Origin: a virus | Strand: one strand, 5' to 3' | IMG/VR virus record: IMGVR_UViG_3300030102_007788 | Location: 1 to 64,000 of that record | DNA length: 64,000 bases | Shown here: piece after piece, positions 31,657 through 41,156 of the stretch | Layout: each line of letters opens with the position of its first letter | Position numbering within the stretch: position 1 is the first letter of the stretch | Translations under genes and position numbers: made by a program | The notes under the pieces: generated by a model | Told to the model about the DNA's origin: nothing | Seen by the model: the letters and a program-made list of their open reading frames with translations, nothing else | Database searches by the model: none

Positions 31657-32392
31657 TCCAGTTTGATGGATTTACTGCTTGAGGTACGTTGTATTTCAAT
31701 CCGTAATCTGTTCTTCCCCAGTGACTGTTAAAATTAACTCCTGCGTCGACATCCACCACGTCGGAGCTTGATTGAATTACATGACTACCAACTAAAAGTC
31801 TACCGTAGCCAACAAAAACTGGCCCTCCTTCCCTAATTGTGTTTTCAGGACCATTGAACAAGTAAGACTTACCTCCTTGCTGCTCTATTTCTCTAAAATC
31901 TCCAAATTTTGGCATCGGAGTAAGCAAATTTGTAATACCTGCCGCTACAAGGCCAACACCGCCCATAAAGACCGCTTGAGCCATAAAGTTACCTCCTTGC
32001 ATTAACGCGCCGAAACCTCCTGCCATACCCACTCCGGTTGCCATTAAACCAATACCTACAATGACCGGAATCCAATCTGAGGCCCCTTCAATTACAGGCA
32101 CAATATCAATTGTTTCTAAATTAGATTTTTTAACTATTAACTCTGAAGACGCAAGGCCTTCTAGCGTGTTTATATCCTTACTTTCATCGTAAGAAATGTC
32201 TTTTTCGTTTATTAAGACTCTGTATTTTATATTTTTCTTATCGTTTTCTATAAGGTGTTTGTACAGCTTTCTGCAATTAGACTCGATTGCCCGAATCGCC
32301 TCATCAACACTGGACACCGATAAACTCCATTCCGATTTACCTATCTGCTCGCCAAGTATACCGTGTATTTTAATGCTAGTTAAATTGCTCAT
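31649..32392 (-). CDS. Tail assembly protein I (lambda gpI-like)
   Basis: Ubiquitin-like N-terminus (IKIHGILGEQIG...IDIVPVIEGA), Gly-rich hydrophobic middle, SYLFNGPENT..EGGPV.VGYGRLLVGSHVI. Confidence 0.9.
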   Translation of the reverse strand: MSNLTSIKIHGILGEQIGKSEWSLSVSSVDEAIRAIESNCRKLYKHLIENDKKNIKYRVLINEKDISYDESKDINTLEGLASSELIVKKSNLETIDIVPVIEGASDWIPVIVGIGLMATGVGMAGGFGALMQGGNFMAQAVFMGGVGLVAAGITNLLTPMPKFGDFREIEQQGGKSYLFNGPENTIREGGPVFVGYGRLLVGSHVIQSSSDVVDVDAGVNFNSHWGRTDYGLKYNVPQAVNPSNWNG

Positions 32393-33116
32393 TTCTGTAT
32401 ATTTTGTAAATTTTACTAATTCTTTTATTCGACATTTTTTCTATAGTCACGTCTCTATTTCTAGGTCTATGGATCATAGAATTGTCCCCTAAATAAATGC
32501 CAACATGATTTCCAAGTCTGCCCGGAAGCATTTTAAAAAGAAGTATGTCGTGCTTTTTAGCTTGGGAAAAGTTATCTATTTTAAACCAGTTCTCTTTAGT
32601 GTTTAAATTAGTTTCTACTATCTCTTCTATTAGGTTGGGTTTGACTTCGTACCAGTTTTCTTTTCTGCCAGTTTCAGGGTCCTCTAGGGTTATGTTTAAA
32701 TTATTGTAGTAGTTCACTACAAAATTGTAACAGTCTGAAATTCCCATCTTAAAAGGCTCATTGCATATATATGTTTTTTCTTTTTTTGGGTCAAATATAG
32801 AAAAGGAGTCTTCTGTTACGTTGTAGAGAATAAAAATTAATGAGTGTCCTAAGCTATTTATTAAATCATAAGAAGAGAAGTCTTTTGTTCCATCTGTATG
32901 GGAGTGATATACTGCAATTATTTTACCTAACCTCCCAGCTTTAAGATAATCTTTAGGGGATATGGAAAAATTATTATTAGGATTTTCTGAGAAATTTTTG
33001 CACGGGAAAACGTCTATCTCGTTATTTTTTTCGAAAACAAATCCACACGCTTCCTTAGGTTGTTCATCTAAGGAAAATGACTTTATTTTCTCTTTAATTT
33101 TTTCTAAAAATAACAT
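32376..33116 (-). CDS. Tail assembly protein K (JAB/MPN + NlpC/P60)
   Basis: JAB motif EACG...YHSH...S..D; NlpC/P60 residues DCY...NHVGIY...IH. Confidence 0.9.
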   Translation of the reverse strand: MLFLEKIKEKIKSFSLDEQPKEACGFVFEKNNEIDVFPCKNFSENPNNNFSISPKDYLKAGRLGKIIAVYHSHTDGTKDFSSYDLINSLGHSLIFILYNVTEDSFSIFDPKKEKTYICNEPFKMGISDCYNFVVNYYNNLNITLEDPETGRKENWYEVKPNLIEEIVETNLNTKENWFKIDNFSQAKKHDILLFKMLPGRLGNHVGIYLGDNSMIHRPRNRDVTIEKMSNKRISKIYKIYRNEQFN

Positions 33117-33119
33117 AAA

Positions 33120-34436
33120 TTATCCACCTCTTGAAATTTTCTTGGCCGCAGGGAACCCTCCGAAAGGTAATTCACCTGCTGGTATTTCGCAGCCGCCTTT
33201 GTTGATATTGACTGATCCGCCCTGAGGGTAAAGGGCGCTTTTTGTAGCTCCCCATCTTAAGCGACATCCCTGAAGTGTTTTAGAACATTGATCAGCAGCC
33301 CAAAAATTCTTGTTAGGTGGGGGTTTTGGGGTCCCTCCGTCTCTTTGTTTTAAGGTTCTCCTGCAGACAAAGTAGTATTTTACTTTTGTGGTTTCATCTA
33401 CGGTATATACATAGTTGCCGGGATCGTAATCTTCGTTAGCACTGTAAAGGCCTTTATCTTTTTTATGAAAATTTTCTGCAGCTATAGTTTGATTTCCAGC
33501 CTCCCTCCATATACTTAGATCTGCGTCAGTGGCAGCGGGGGGAGCATTCTTTAACATCCCTATATTTTTAATATTGTCATTTTCTTGGTCGGTTTTTCCA
33601 TCTGCTCTAAGAGTATCGAGACCAGCTCTTTCTAGTAAGGGTAGATTTTCACCATCAGCTTCGCCGTTTATATACTTTTCCCATTTTTCAAGTTCAGGAT
33701 CGTTGTACGGATGCTGATACCAACAGCCTAAACCTCTATATTGCCAAGAGCATTTATCGGCTAGTATTGTTCTTTTTGGAAGTTTGATATTTTCCAAGTC
33801 TAATACAGAGCTTAATTGATATACCAAATTTGCTTTATTCTCCGTTTGTTTTCTTTCTATGAAATAAACATCGCTTGGTAGGTAAGCAAACGGGTCAGGT
33901 TCATATCCGTCAGGTAAAGAATTGGTATGCGCTCCGATTGCGGCTTCCTTGCTAATTCCAAAGTTAGACGAGTCCAAATATTTTGCAAAGGTCCTCTTTC
34001 TTGTCACTTTTGCTCCTACAATATCTCCCATTTTTCTTATTTGATATTTTAAGAAATTTAATTGACTGATTCCGTCTTCTGTATTGGTCGCTAAACTAAG
34101 AGTAGGTTGTGGGGTACTGCCTTTAGTTGTGGATTCAAAACCTTCAGCCATAATCGGCGCCGGGAAGAAAGCTTTACCTTGCCAAGTGATATAAGAATTG
34201 AAAACTTTTATATTATTGTGAAACCTTAGAATACCTCCTTCAACTTGTGATCTGTCTGTTAACCCTAGTTCTTGGGCGTCTTTTTCTAGATCTATGCTTA
34301 AATCTTTTGCTAATGACCGAATATCGATTTCGAATAAGGTTATGATGGAAGAAGGGGTTAAGTTAGATAGCTCCGCATTTAGAGACCTTATAGAGTTTCT
34401 ACTTTGAGCTGCGTTTCTTGTGTCGTAATCTGGCAT
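33120..34436 (-). CDS. Minor tail protein L (lambda gpL-like)
   Basis: ITLFEID, WQG..F.P.PI.AEGFE, RKRTFAKYLD, LPKR...CSWQYRG.GC...CSKTL.GC.LR, FGGFP; Fe-S-type cysteines are present. Confidence 0.9.
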   Translation of the reverse strand: MPDYDTRNAAQSRNSIRSLNAELSNLTPSSIITLFEIDIRSLAKDLSIDLEKDAQELGLTDRSQVEGGILRFHNNIKVFNSYITWQGKAFFPAPIMAEGFESTTKGSTPQPTLSLATNTEDGISQLNFLKYQIRKMGDIVGAKVTRKRTFAKYLDSSNFGISKEAAIGAHTNSLPDGYEPDPFAYLPSDVYFIERKQTENKANLVYQLSSVLDLENIKLPKRTILADKCSWQYRGLGCWYQHPYNDPELEKWEKYINGEADGENLPLLERAGLDTLRADGKTDQENDNIKNIGMLKNAPPAATDADLSIWREAGNQTIAAENFHKKDKGLYSANEDYDPGNYVYTVDETTKVKYYFVCRRTLKQRDGGTPKPPPNKNFWAADQCSKTLQGCRLRWGATKSALYPQGGSVNINKGGCEIPAGELPFGGFPAAKKISRGG

Positions 34437-34437
34437 T

Positions 34438-35022
34438 TTAATTATTGGTTTCTACGAAAGATGCTTTAATACTATGGTTGTCAACAAAAGCAAAAGACGA
34501 AGAAAAGTTAGAGCAGTAGAACCTTTTTTTATAGCCTCCGTCGGCGTATACTGCGGGTAGATGCTGGACAACAAAACTTTCAACCCCTTTTCGGGCTCTT
34601 AAAAAGTGCATTATTGCTTTAGTCTCCTTGTCTGTTCTCATGTCAAAAGAAACATCGAGTTTCATTAGGGAGTTGTTTATTCCATCTGGAATTCGTTGTT
34701 CGTAACCGTTTTGAAAAACTACTGTGTTGGTTTTTGGTTGAAAATTGGTGGTAGCATTGTAAGAAGGAATCCAGATGAACTGAGGCACTTTTTGCGCTCC
34801 TGCAATTTCTGAATTGCCTAAATGCTCTGTATACCCTCCCCAGAACTCAGTATTTGTAACAGCTGTGTTTAGTGGCACAGCCTTTAAAGCGTAATAATAC
34901 TTTACCGTTTTGGGTATTAAACCGGAGGGTCTTAGTAGTTCTTGCACTAAAACTATGTCGTTTTTAGCGTAAGTCCTATTCAGTCTGTGTAGGTCAATAT
35001 CGTATATGCTGTCAGTTGCCAT
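34438..35022 (-). CDS. Minor tail protein M (lambda gpM-like); start re-assigned to ATG 35022
   Basis: F.NGYEQR.PDGIN, FL.ARKGVESF and ..ASFVE motifs. AAGGA RBS precedes MATDS. The longer ORF-track start runs through the divergent promoter region. Confidence 0.85.
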   Translation of the reverse strand: MATDSIYDIDLHRLNRTYAKNDIVLVQELLRPSGLIPKTVKYYYALKAVPLNTAVTNTEFWGGYTEHLGNSEIAGAQKVPQFIWIPSYNATTNFQPKTNTVVFQNGYEQRIPDGINNSLMKLDVSFDMRTDKETKAIMHFLRARKGVESFVVQHLPAVYADGGYKKRFYCSNFSSSFAFVDNHSIKASFVETNN

Positions 35023-35045
35023 TTTCCTTGTACCTTTATTATTAT

Positions 35046-35068
35046 AATACACTGAAAAAAGAGTGTAA
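35046..35068. promoter_or_regulatory. Back-to-back divergent GTGTAW promoter motifs
   Basis: TACACT (35048-53)-gaaaaaag-AGTGTA (35062-67): AGTGTATT on the minus strand before gpM and AGTGTAAA on the plus strand before 35084. Confidence 0.65.
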
Positions 35069-35083
35069 AATAAAGATAAGGTA

Positions 35084-35962
35084 ATGTTAGGTAGAATTAC
35101 AAGGGAAGCTGAAAAGCTCACAATCAACGGTAGCGGAATAGAAGGAATTCAATCCTTATCGGCTTCTTATAGCTCTGTAGCCAAACCAGTAATAGGATTG
35201 GGCGTAAAGCCTGAGATTTCAGCAGATCCTCACAGTTCTTTTGGGTATTATCCAGAGGGGCCACAGCAGGCTTCTTTGCAGGTAAACACCTTAATGACTC
35301 ATTTTTTACCAAATCCTGATGAATTTAGCAGTTATAAGTCCCGAGACCCGCTCCAAAATTATACAGGTCAGTTTCCTTTTAGCGGAATTATAGACCATGG
35401 GACTAAAAAGTTCTATTTTACAGAGGGATACTTGGAGACTTACTCTGTTAGTTGTGGAATTGGAGAAATACCTCAAAGCTCAACAAGTGCAGTTATTTAT
35501 GGCAATTTTGGCACCGGAGCTAAATTTGATTCGTGGCAGCAGTATAATGATGGAGTAACGAGCCCAAACCTTAATATAGCAAGTTATGGGTCTATGGAAA
35601 TTAATCTAGACACTTTTACAACCAACCGAGTAAATTCTTTTAATGTAAATATTGCCACACCTAGAATTCCTTTATATGCAATAGGTATCGACCAGCCTAC
35701 TGGAGTAATCGCTGGCACACCAATCGAAGTTAATGTAAATTTTCAAATTGAAGCTGATGATTACGAAATAAAAAATATGCGCCTGAGCCCCGGCGAAACA
35801 GTTTTCAAAAATACAATAATAACTTTGAAAGAAAACAATTCTCACAATATATTAATTAGGTACTCTTTTGATAACATGTTGTTATCCTCGGAGTCCTTTA
35901 ATGGAAGTAACAATTCAAACGCTACCGTTGATTTTAATTTAAGATCTTTCATTTTAAGGTAA
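35084..35962 (+). CDS. Tail-tube-fold protein (minor tube/distal tail)
   Basis: GIQSLSASYSS, YLETYSVSCGIGEIP and VNSFNVNIATPRIPLYAIG...PIEVNVNF match the motifs of the major tube genes. Confidence 0.6.
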   Translation: MLGRITREAEKLTINGSGIEGIQSLSASYSSVAKPVIGLGVKPEISADPHSSFGYYPEGPQQASLQVNTLMTHFLPNPDEFSSYKSRDPLQNYTGQFPFSGIIDHGTKKFYFTEGYLETYSVSCGIGEIPQSSTSAVIYGNFGTGAKFDSWQQYNDGVTSPNLNIASYGSMEINLDTFTTNRVNSFNVNIATPRIPLYAIGIDQPTGVIAGTPIEVNVNFQIEADDYEIKNMRLSPGETVFKNTIITLKENNSHNILIRYSFDNMLLSSESFNGSNNSNATVDFNLRSFILR

Positions 35963-35977
35963 AAATAGTGTAATATC
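35959..35977 (+). promoter_or_regulatory. Putative late promoter, identical 19-mer to 18288-18306
   Basis: gtaaaaatagtgtaatatc ends 10 nt upstream of ATG 35988. Confidence 0.7.
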
Positions 35978-35987
35978 AAAAAAGGTT

Positions 35988-36899
35988 ATGGCAAGAATAT
36001 TTTACGATAAGGCTCCGGTTGAAATTCAGGTGGGTACCTACAGGGAAACCCTGATAGCGACTGACTGTAGCATAAACTTCAATAACTCTCAGTCCCCTAT
36101 CTATTCTGTTGGTAAAAAAGGGCCTATCGGCCAGTTTCCTTCGGCAGCAAGAGCTGGAGACATGTCTTTTAATTTCTTAACCACAATAACAGGAAATTTT
36201 GATTCTATAGTGGGAGTTTCTACATCTACTCAGGGTAATATTATTAACTACCTAGCAGATGCAATTAAAAATTCAACAGATTCTGAGGCCAGCGGAGTTA
36301 TTGTAAAATGCGCAGGAGTAAGTGGCGTTGGTTTTCTTAATTCTTACAGTTTTAATACTACGGCTAATAGCATTTCCTCTTCTAGCGCAGCATTCACTCT
36401 TTTTGGGTCAGGTACGCAGCTGCCTGTTAGTGGGAGATTGAGCGGTATTAGTGCTGGAGTTGGTATAGGTGGAACTGAAGCAAGTACAGTTACAACAGGT
36501 ATTGCTCATGGTAGGTTTACAACTATGCCAGCAGCTTTAAATACAAAGTTGTATGATGACACTACTGCCGAAAATCCCGCCACTGCAACAATTTATAGTG
36601 CAGATTATTCTATAAGTTTTAATCATAACCCAATTTATAAAATTGGTCAAGAATTTCCCACCACAACATTTTATACAAACGCTTCTGAATCTTTAAACGT
36701 TTCTGAAGACCTTTTCAACTCTGGATTAAAATTTGATGAAACTGCGGCTAGTTACAATCTTGAAATAAAAGGGTTGGCCGGGGCCGGTACTCTAGGTATG
36801 AAGGTAAGGGTTAAAGATGCAAAGCAAATTAGCACTTCAGCAAGTGTGGGATTAGATGATATTATCAGAACTCAAAAATCCTTAACCGCGGTTTATTAA
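35988..36899 (+). CDS. Tail-tube-fold protein
   Basis: DCSINFNNSQSPIYSVG, FLNSYSFN and ADYSISFNHNPIYKIG show the duplicated tube-like motif. Confidence 0.6.
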   Translation: MARIFYDKAPVEIQVGTYRETLIATDCSINFNNSQSPIYSVGKKGPIGQFPSAARAGDMSFNFLTTITGNFDSIVGVSTSTQGNIINYLADAIKNSTDSEASGVIVKCAGVSGVGFLNSYSFNTTANSISSSSAAFTLFGSGTQLPVSGRLSGISAGVGIGGTEASTVTTGIAHGRFTTMPAALNTKLYDDTTAENPATATIYSADYSISFNHNPIYKIGQEFPTTTFYTNASESLNVSEDLFNSGLKFDETAASYNLEIKGLAGAGTLGMKVRVKDAKQISTSASVGLDDIIRTQKSLTAVY

Positions 36900-36900
36900 T

Positions 36901-37788
36901 GTGTTTTATACTGCCAATAATTCTAAATTACAGGTAAACGGAAATGAAATTTTAGCTTCCGACGCTCAAATTTCTTTACAAACCAACTTACAACCCAACT
37001 ACAATATAACACAGAGGCACACCGCTGATTTTAGGGCAACTAACGGTGTGGGAGGCACCCTTTCGTTTAACTATTACTTAACTGGGGTGGACTATTTTAA
37101 AAGTTTTATAACAGGTCAAGCGGAGATGCCCTTCACTGCGAGTCAGGTTATTTCTGGCAATTTTGGCGGTTTAAATTTTGACAGCGGTTACTTAACTTCT
37201 TATTCAGTTAATTTTGGGCCTAATGCTTTAGCCACAGCTAATGCTTCAATATCTTTTTTTGATCAGTTAAATGGGGAATTTGACCCTACAGTTGAACAGG
37301 CTCCTACGGATAAAGAGGTCCTGAACTTTAAGAACGCTACCGTGTCTCATTATATCCCAATAACCAATGAAACTTTGTCGGGGACTGTAGACGAGTTTGT
37401 GGAGGGAACTTTTAATTATGATTGTGAGGTAAAACCGGTTTATTTAATGGGAGAAACAAAGCCGAGTTCTGTAAACTTTGGACCTAAAAACGTAAGCATG
37501 AATTTTGAAACCGATAACCCTACCGGTTATTTACCTTTTTCAGGAAACACGGCTAGAATTTCCGTAGGGCTGCAAAACTCACAAGGAACTCAGGTTGAAG
37601 CTTTTACGTGTTCTGGGGTTATGAGGGGTAGGAATTTAGCTACTTCAGTTGGAGACTATATTAAGCAAACCATTAACATAACCCAAGCCTCAACACAGGG
37701 GACAAATGTATATGTAGCGAGCATAATTGACAGTAATGGAGTGGCAGGAAACATAGGAGCAGGTACTAGTGGAGGAGGTAACGTATAA
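36901..37788 (+). CDS. Tail-tube-fold protein
   Basis: YLTSYSVNFGPNALATANASISFF and FNYDCEVKPVYLMG; GTG start. Confidence 0.55.
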   Translation: MFYTANNSKLQVNGNEILASDAQISLQTNLQPNYNITQRHTADFRATNGVGGTLSFNYYLTGVDYFKSFITGQAEMPFTASQVISGNFGGLNFDSGYLTSYSVNFGPNALATANASISFFDQLNGEFDPTVEQAPTDKEVLNFKNATVSHYIPITNETLSGTVDEFVEGTFNYDCEVKPVYLMGETKPSSVNFGPKNVSMNFETDNPTGYLPFSGNTARISVGLQNSQGTQVEAFTCSGVMRGRNLATSVGDYIKQTINITQASTQGTNVYVASIIDSNGVAGNIGAGTSGGGNV

Positions 37789-40700
37789 TGCCAGTATATA
37801 ACCCTAAGAAGAGTTTTACTTTAAGCGGAGAGGGCTTGAACTTTATTAATAGAGTTTACTTTGGGGAAGATCAAGTCGAAGAGCTATTTTACCTAGGGTC
37901 TACCGGCGTGTCTGGGGAAATCCCTTCTTCAGCTATGACTGCCGACCTGACCGCTCAGACTAATGACGGCATACTTAATTTAGGCCGTCCTAACATAGTG
38001 TTAGATTCTTCTTCTCAGGTCCTTGTAAGTGGCCTACTTCCCGAATACGTAAGTGGTCAAGCTGGAGACACTATTGTTATATCGGGAGAAAACTTTCATA
38101 AGATAACAAATGTAAACTTTGGAGCCGGTTTAGGCAGCTCGGGTGAATCTGGTCAATTTTCTGTTATATCTGATCAAATCTTAGAAGTAATTGTTCCAAC
38201 TGGCGCAAGTTATGATGGGGTAACTGTTTTTTCTTCACTTAGAACTGGGCTGAATAATAATCAAACTTTTGCTAGCGGAAAATCATACAACAATTTTATT
38301 CCTATTCCCAATGTCACAGGCATAAATTCAGGTATGTTAGCAAAAGACTCAGAGTTTATTATTGGTGGTGTTAATATGTCAGGGGTAACTGGGGTGTCTG
38401 TTAATGATATAATATTTAATCAGTCTTCTTTTGAGAACCTAGGGAAGACTGGCGTAAAAGTCACAGTCCCTACAGGTTATGCGCAAGGCAGACCAAACCT
38501 TTTGTTGCAAAGCGGAGTTTCTCATTTAGCTCCAGAGGAATTTTCTTTTAACCCTCTAGCTGAAATAGTTGGAGTGAGTGCTGGAAACATTATTGGCTCT
38601 CAGATGACAATATCTGGCCACAACTTTAGCTCCGGTATGTTCTACACAGGGCTGGGGTCTCTAACAGGGAGTTTAGTGGAAGTTGGGGAAAAGACCGGAT
38701 TGTTTACGCAAATATCAGACGCTGGGGGGTACAATAGGCTTAGAGGCTATGTCCCTACGGGTATATCGATTCTTCTTTCGGGAGGTAACATTAGCGCAGG
38801 GGTTACGCCTGATATTTTGCATTTGCCTGTTTCAATTTTTACGCCAGATTATCCTGTCGCGTACCCTAGTGACAAAACTTTTAGACCCGGTATTGGGAGC
38901 CCTTCAGTTTCTCTTATATCACCAACCTCTGGAATAGGGGGAGATCTTGTCACGATCAGCGGAGAAAATTTATTTGGAATTACTGGAGTCGTTTTCGGCG
39001 CTGGTAACGCAGGGATAGGGTCGGAGGGTTTTAATTTTGGTATTACTGAAGTGATTCCCGGTAAACAAATTACCGCAACAGTCCCTCAGGTGAGTTATGA
39101 TACAGCGGGTGGGTTTCTGGATATTGAGGTATCGGGAGCTTTTGGTAATGTTGGTATTGAGGAAGGATTTTTTATATATGGTAAACCTAAAATTAATACT
39201 ATTATCCCGGGAGGATCTGGTATACTTCCCGGGGCAACTGGAACCATATACGGAGAAAGACTTTATTCTGGGTCTGAAGTTTTATTGTATGGAGGAAATG
39301 GAGGCTTAGCTTCTAGTAACTTTATACAAAAGTTAAATATTAGCGGCTACAGAGGAGATAATGCTGAAATAGTTTTTAGCTACCCTAACTCTTTTGTGAC
39401 TGGTAACACATATGGGATTAGGGTTGAAAACCAGAGGGGTTATCATATTAGTCCGACTAATACTTACAAGATAACCGGATTTAATACACCTTCGGTTGGT
39501 GGGGTGAGTTTGGTTAGCGGTACCCAAGGAGAATCTGTGACCATCTCGGGGTATTTTGAAGAAATATCTCCCAGTGGTTTGAAAATAGGAGAGACAGTTG
39601 TTAGTGATTTTACTAGAGTTTCAACTACTGGAATCGTATTTGACATACCTACAAAAACTACAAGTAACCTGATAAATATTGAGACTAGCGGAGGATTCGC
39701 TAGTACTACGGGTATTTTAAATATAGCCCTTAAAGAGCCTACAATTAGCGGATATTATCACACTCCGTCTTTTACTGGCGTCAATACTTACTACGATTCA
39801 AGTGACCAAGTTTTTGCGCAATCTAATGTAATTACAATTACAGGGGAAAGACTAAATTTAGTTACAGGTATTGTTTTCTCTGGAAATAACCAACAGTTTG
39901 GTATTAACGAGTTTACAAATAAAGATAATAGCAGTTTAACTTTCCGCCTCCCAACTGGAATTAACGCTGCGAGTGGTAATTTTATAACAAAAGATTTTAA
40001 AAATAGAGACTCTTTAGTGCCGTTGCCCATAAACGTGTTTAACTTATCGGGGTATAATAATTTTGTATTACCGGGGCAAAACTTAACTCTTAGCGGGACT
40101 AATCTAACAGGATTAAATGTTGCCTTTGATCGAGTTCAAGGTGGTCAAATAATAGTAGAACCTCATCAAAATTTAGTTTCTGGAGGTACGGATGTTTTAG
40201 TTTTAACAATGCCGACTGGGGTAGTAGGAGGCACTGCTGCTTTTTCAGGGCGTAATAGTGACGACTTTTTTAATTTTGCTTTTGATCCAACTCCTGTTGT
40301 TACAGGAACCGTAGGGTTTGGGTCAGCCCTGCAGGCCGGGACAGGAAACTTGATTACCATTACTGGAGTTAACTTTCCAACTGGGGTGTCCTCTGGAGAT
40401 TTTGCAATAGGAATAACAGGCACAGGAAACTCGTTATCTAAGCAACAAGTAGACTTGATAAGAATTGAATCGGCTACAGGGGTTGTCGGAGCAGGAACAA
40501 ATGTAGCTACCTCATTGGGATCTGGGGAATTATCATTTAGGCTTCCAAATACTTTTATAGGTACTGGGCAATTTTTTATTAACACAGATAATTCGCTTGC
40601 GTTCCAAGATGACATAACCGCAGATTTAAATTCAACTGGAATAGACACCTCTTTGTTAGACTATGACTTTGTTAGAGCTACTACAAATTTTTTAGGTACT

Positions 40701-41156
40701 AACTTTAAAATTACAGGAGACAGGGTTAACGCGACTGGATATGGGCCTACCAGAGGGGTTACTGGTCAAGCTGTGGAGTTTACCGGGCACGGGCTTAGGG
40801 CTGTTAGGGAAGTTTATTTTCAGGCTCCGAGTGGAGACTTATTTAATTCTCAATTTAATGCTAGCTCAGACACAAAGCTCACAGCTTATGTTCCAGAAGA
40901 AGCAATAGAAGCTCGAGGAACCGCCAATATTATATTTTCAGGAGGTACAAATCAAGAGGTAGGCCCATTTGAGATTATTTTAGATGCTAGTGTTGTAGAA
41001 TTTAACATTGTTGAAGAGGACGATGTGCCGACAAGTTCTAGCAGGGTTGGTAACTTTACGCAAAAAGAAACCATAAACGGAACTGTCTTTCTAGTTACTA
41101 GGACTAGGTTTCCAGATGGAACCACAGCTATTGTGAGTAGCACTCCGCAAGCTTAA
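37788..41156 (+). CDS. IPT/TIG (Ig-like) repeat structural protein, 1122 aa
   Basis: Repeats of P.[SV]...P.SG..G..[VI]TI[ST]G.N[FL]..[IV]..V.FG...[IL].[AV].VP. Confidence 0.8.
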   Translation: MPVYNPKKSFTLSGEGLNFINRVYFGEDQVEELFYLGSTGVSGEIPSSAMTADLTAQTNDGILNLGRPNIVLDSSSQVLVSGLLPEYVSGQAGDTIVISGENFHKITNVNFGAGLGSSGESGQFSVISDQILEVIVPTGASYDGVTVFSSLRTGLNNNQTFASGKSYNNFIPIPNVTGINSGMLAKDSEFIIGGVNMSGVTGVSVNDIIFNQSSFENLGKTGVKVTVPTGYAQGRPNLLLQSGVSHLAPEEFSFNPLAEIVGVSAGNIIGSQMTISGHNFSSGMFYTGLGSLTGSLVEVGEKTGLFTQISDAGGYNRLRGYVPTGISILLSGGNISAGVTPDILHLPVSIFTPDYPVAYPSDKTFRPGIGSPSVSLISPTSGIGGDLVTISGENLFGITGVVFGAGNAGIGSEGFNFGITEVIPGKQITATVPQVSYDTAGGFLDIEVSGAFGNVGIEEGFFIYGKPKINTIIPGGSGILPGATGTIYGERLYSGSEVLLYGGNGGLASSNFIQKLNISGYRGDNAEIVFSYPNSFVTGNTYGIRVENQRGYHISPTNTYKITGFNTPSVGGVSLVSGTQGESVTISGYFEEISPSGLKIGETVVSDFTRVSTTGIVFDIPTKTTSNLINIETSGGFASTTGILNIALKEPTISGYYHTPSFTGVNTYYDSSDQVFAQSNVITITGERLNLVTGIVFSGNNQQFGINEFTNKDNSSLTFRLPTGINAASGNFITKDFKNRDSLVPLPINVFNLSGYNNFVLPGQNLTLSGTNLTGLNVAFDRVQGGQIIVEPHQNLVSGGTDVLVLTMPTGVVGGTAAFSGRNSDDFFNFAFDPTPVVTGTVGFGSALQAGTGNLITITGVNFPTGVSSGDFAIGITGTGNSLSKQQVDLIRIESATGVVGAGTNVATSLGSGELSFRLPNTFIGTGQFFINTDNSLAFQDDITADLNSTGIDTSLLDYDFVRATTNFLGTNFKITGDRVNATGYGPTRGVTGQAVEFTGHGLRAVREVYFQAPSGDLFNSQFNASSDTKLTAYVPEEAIEARGTANIIFSGGTNQEVGPFEIILDASVVEFNIVEEDDVPTSSSRVGNFTQKETINGTVFLVTRTRFPDGTTAIVSSTPQA

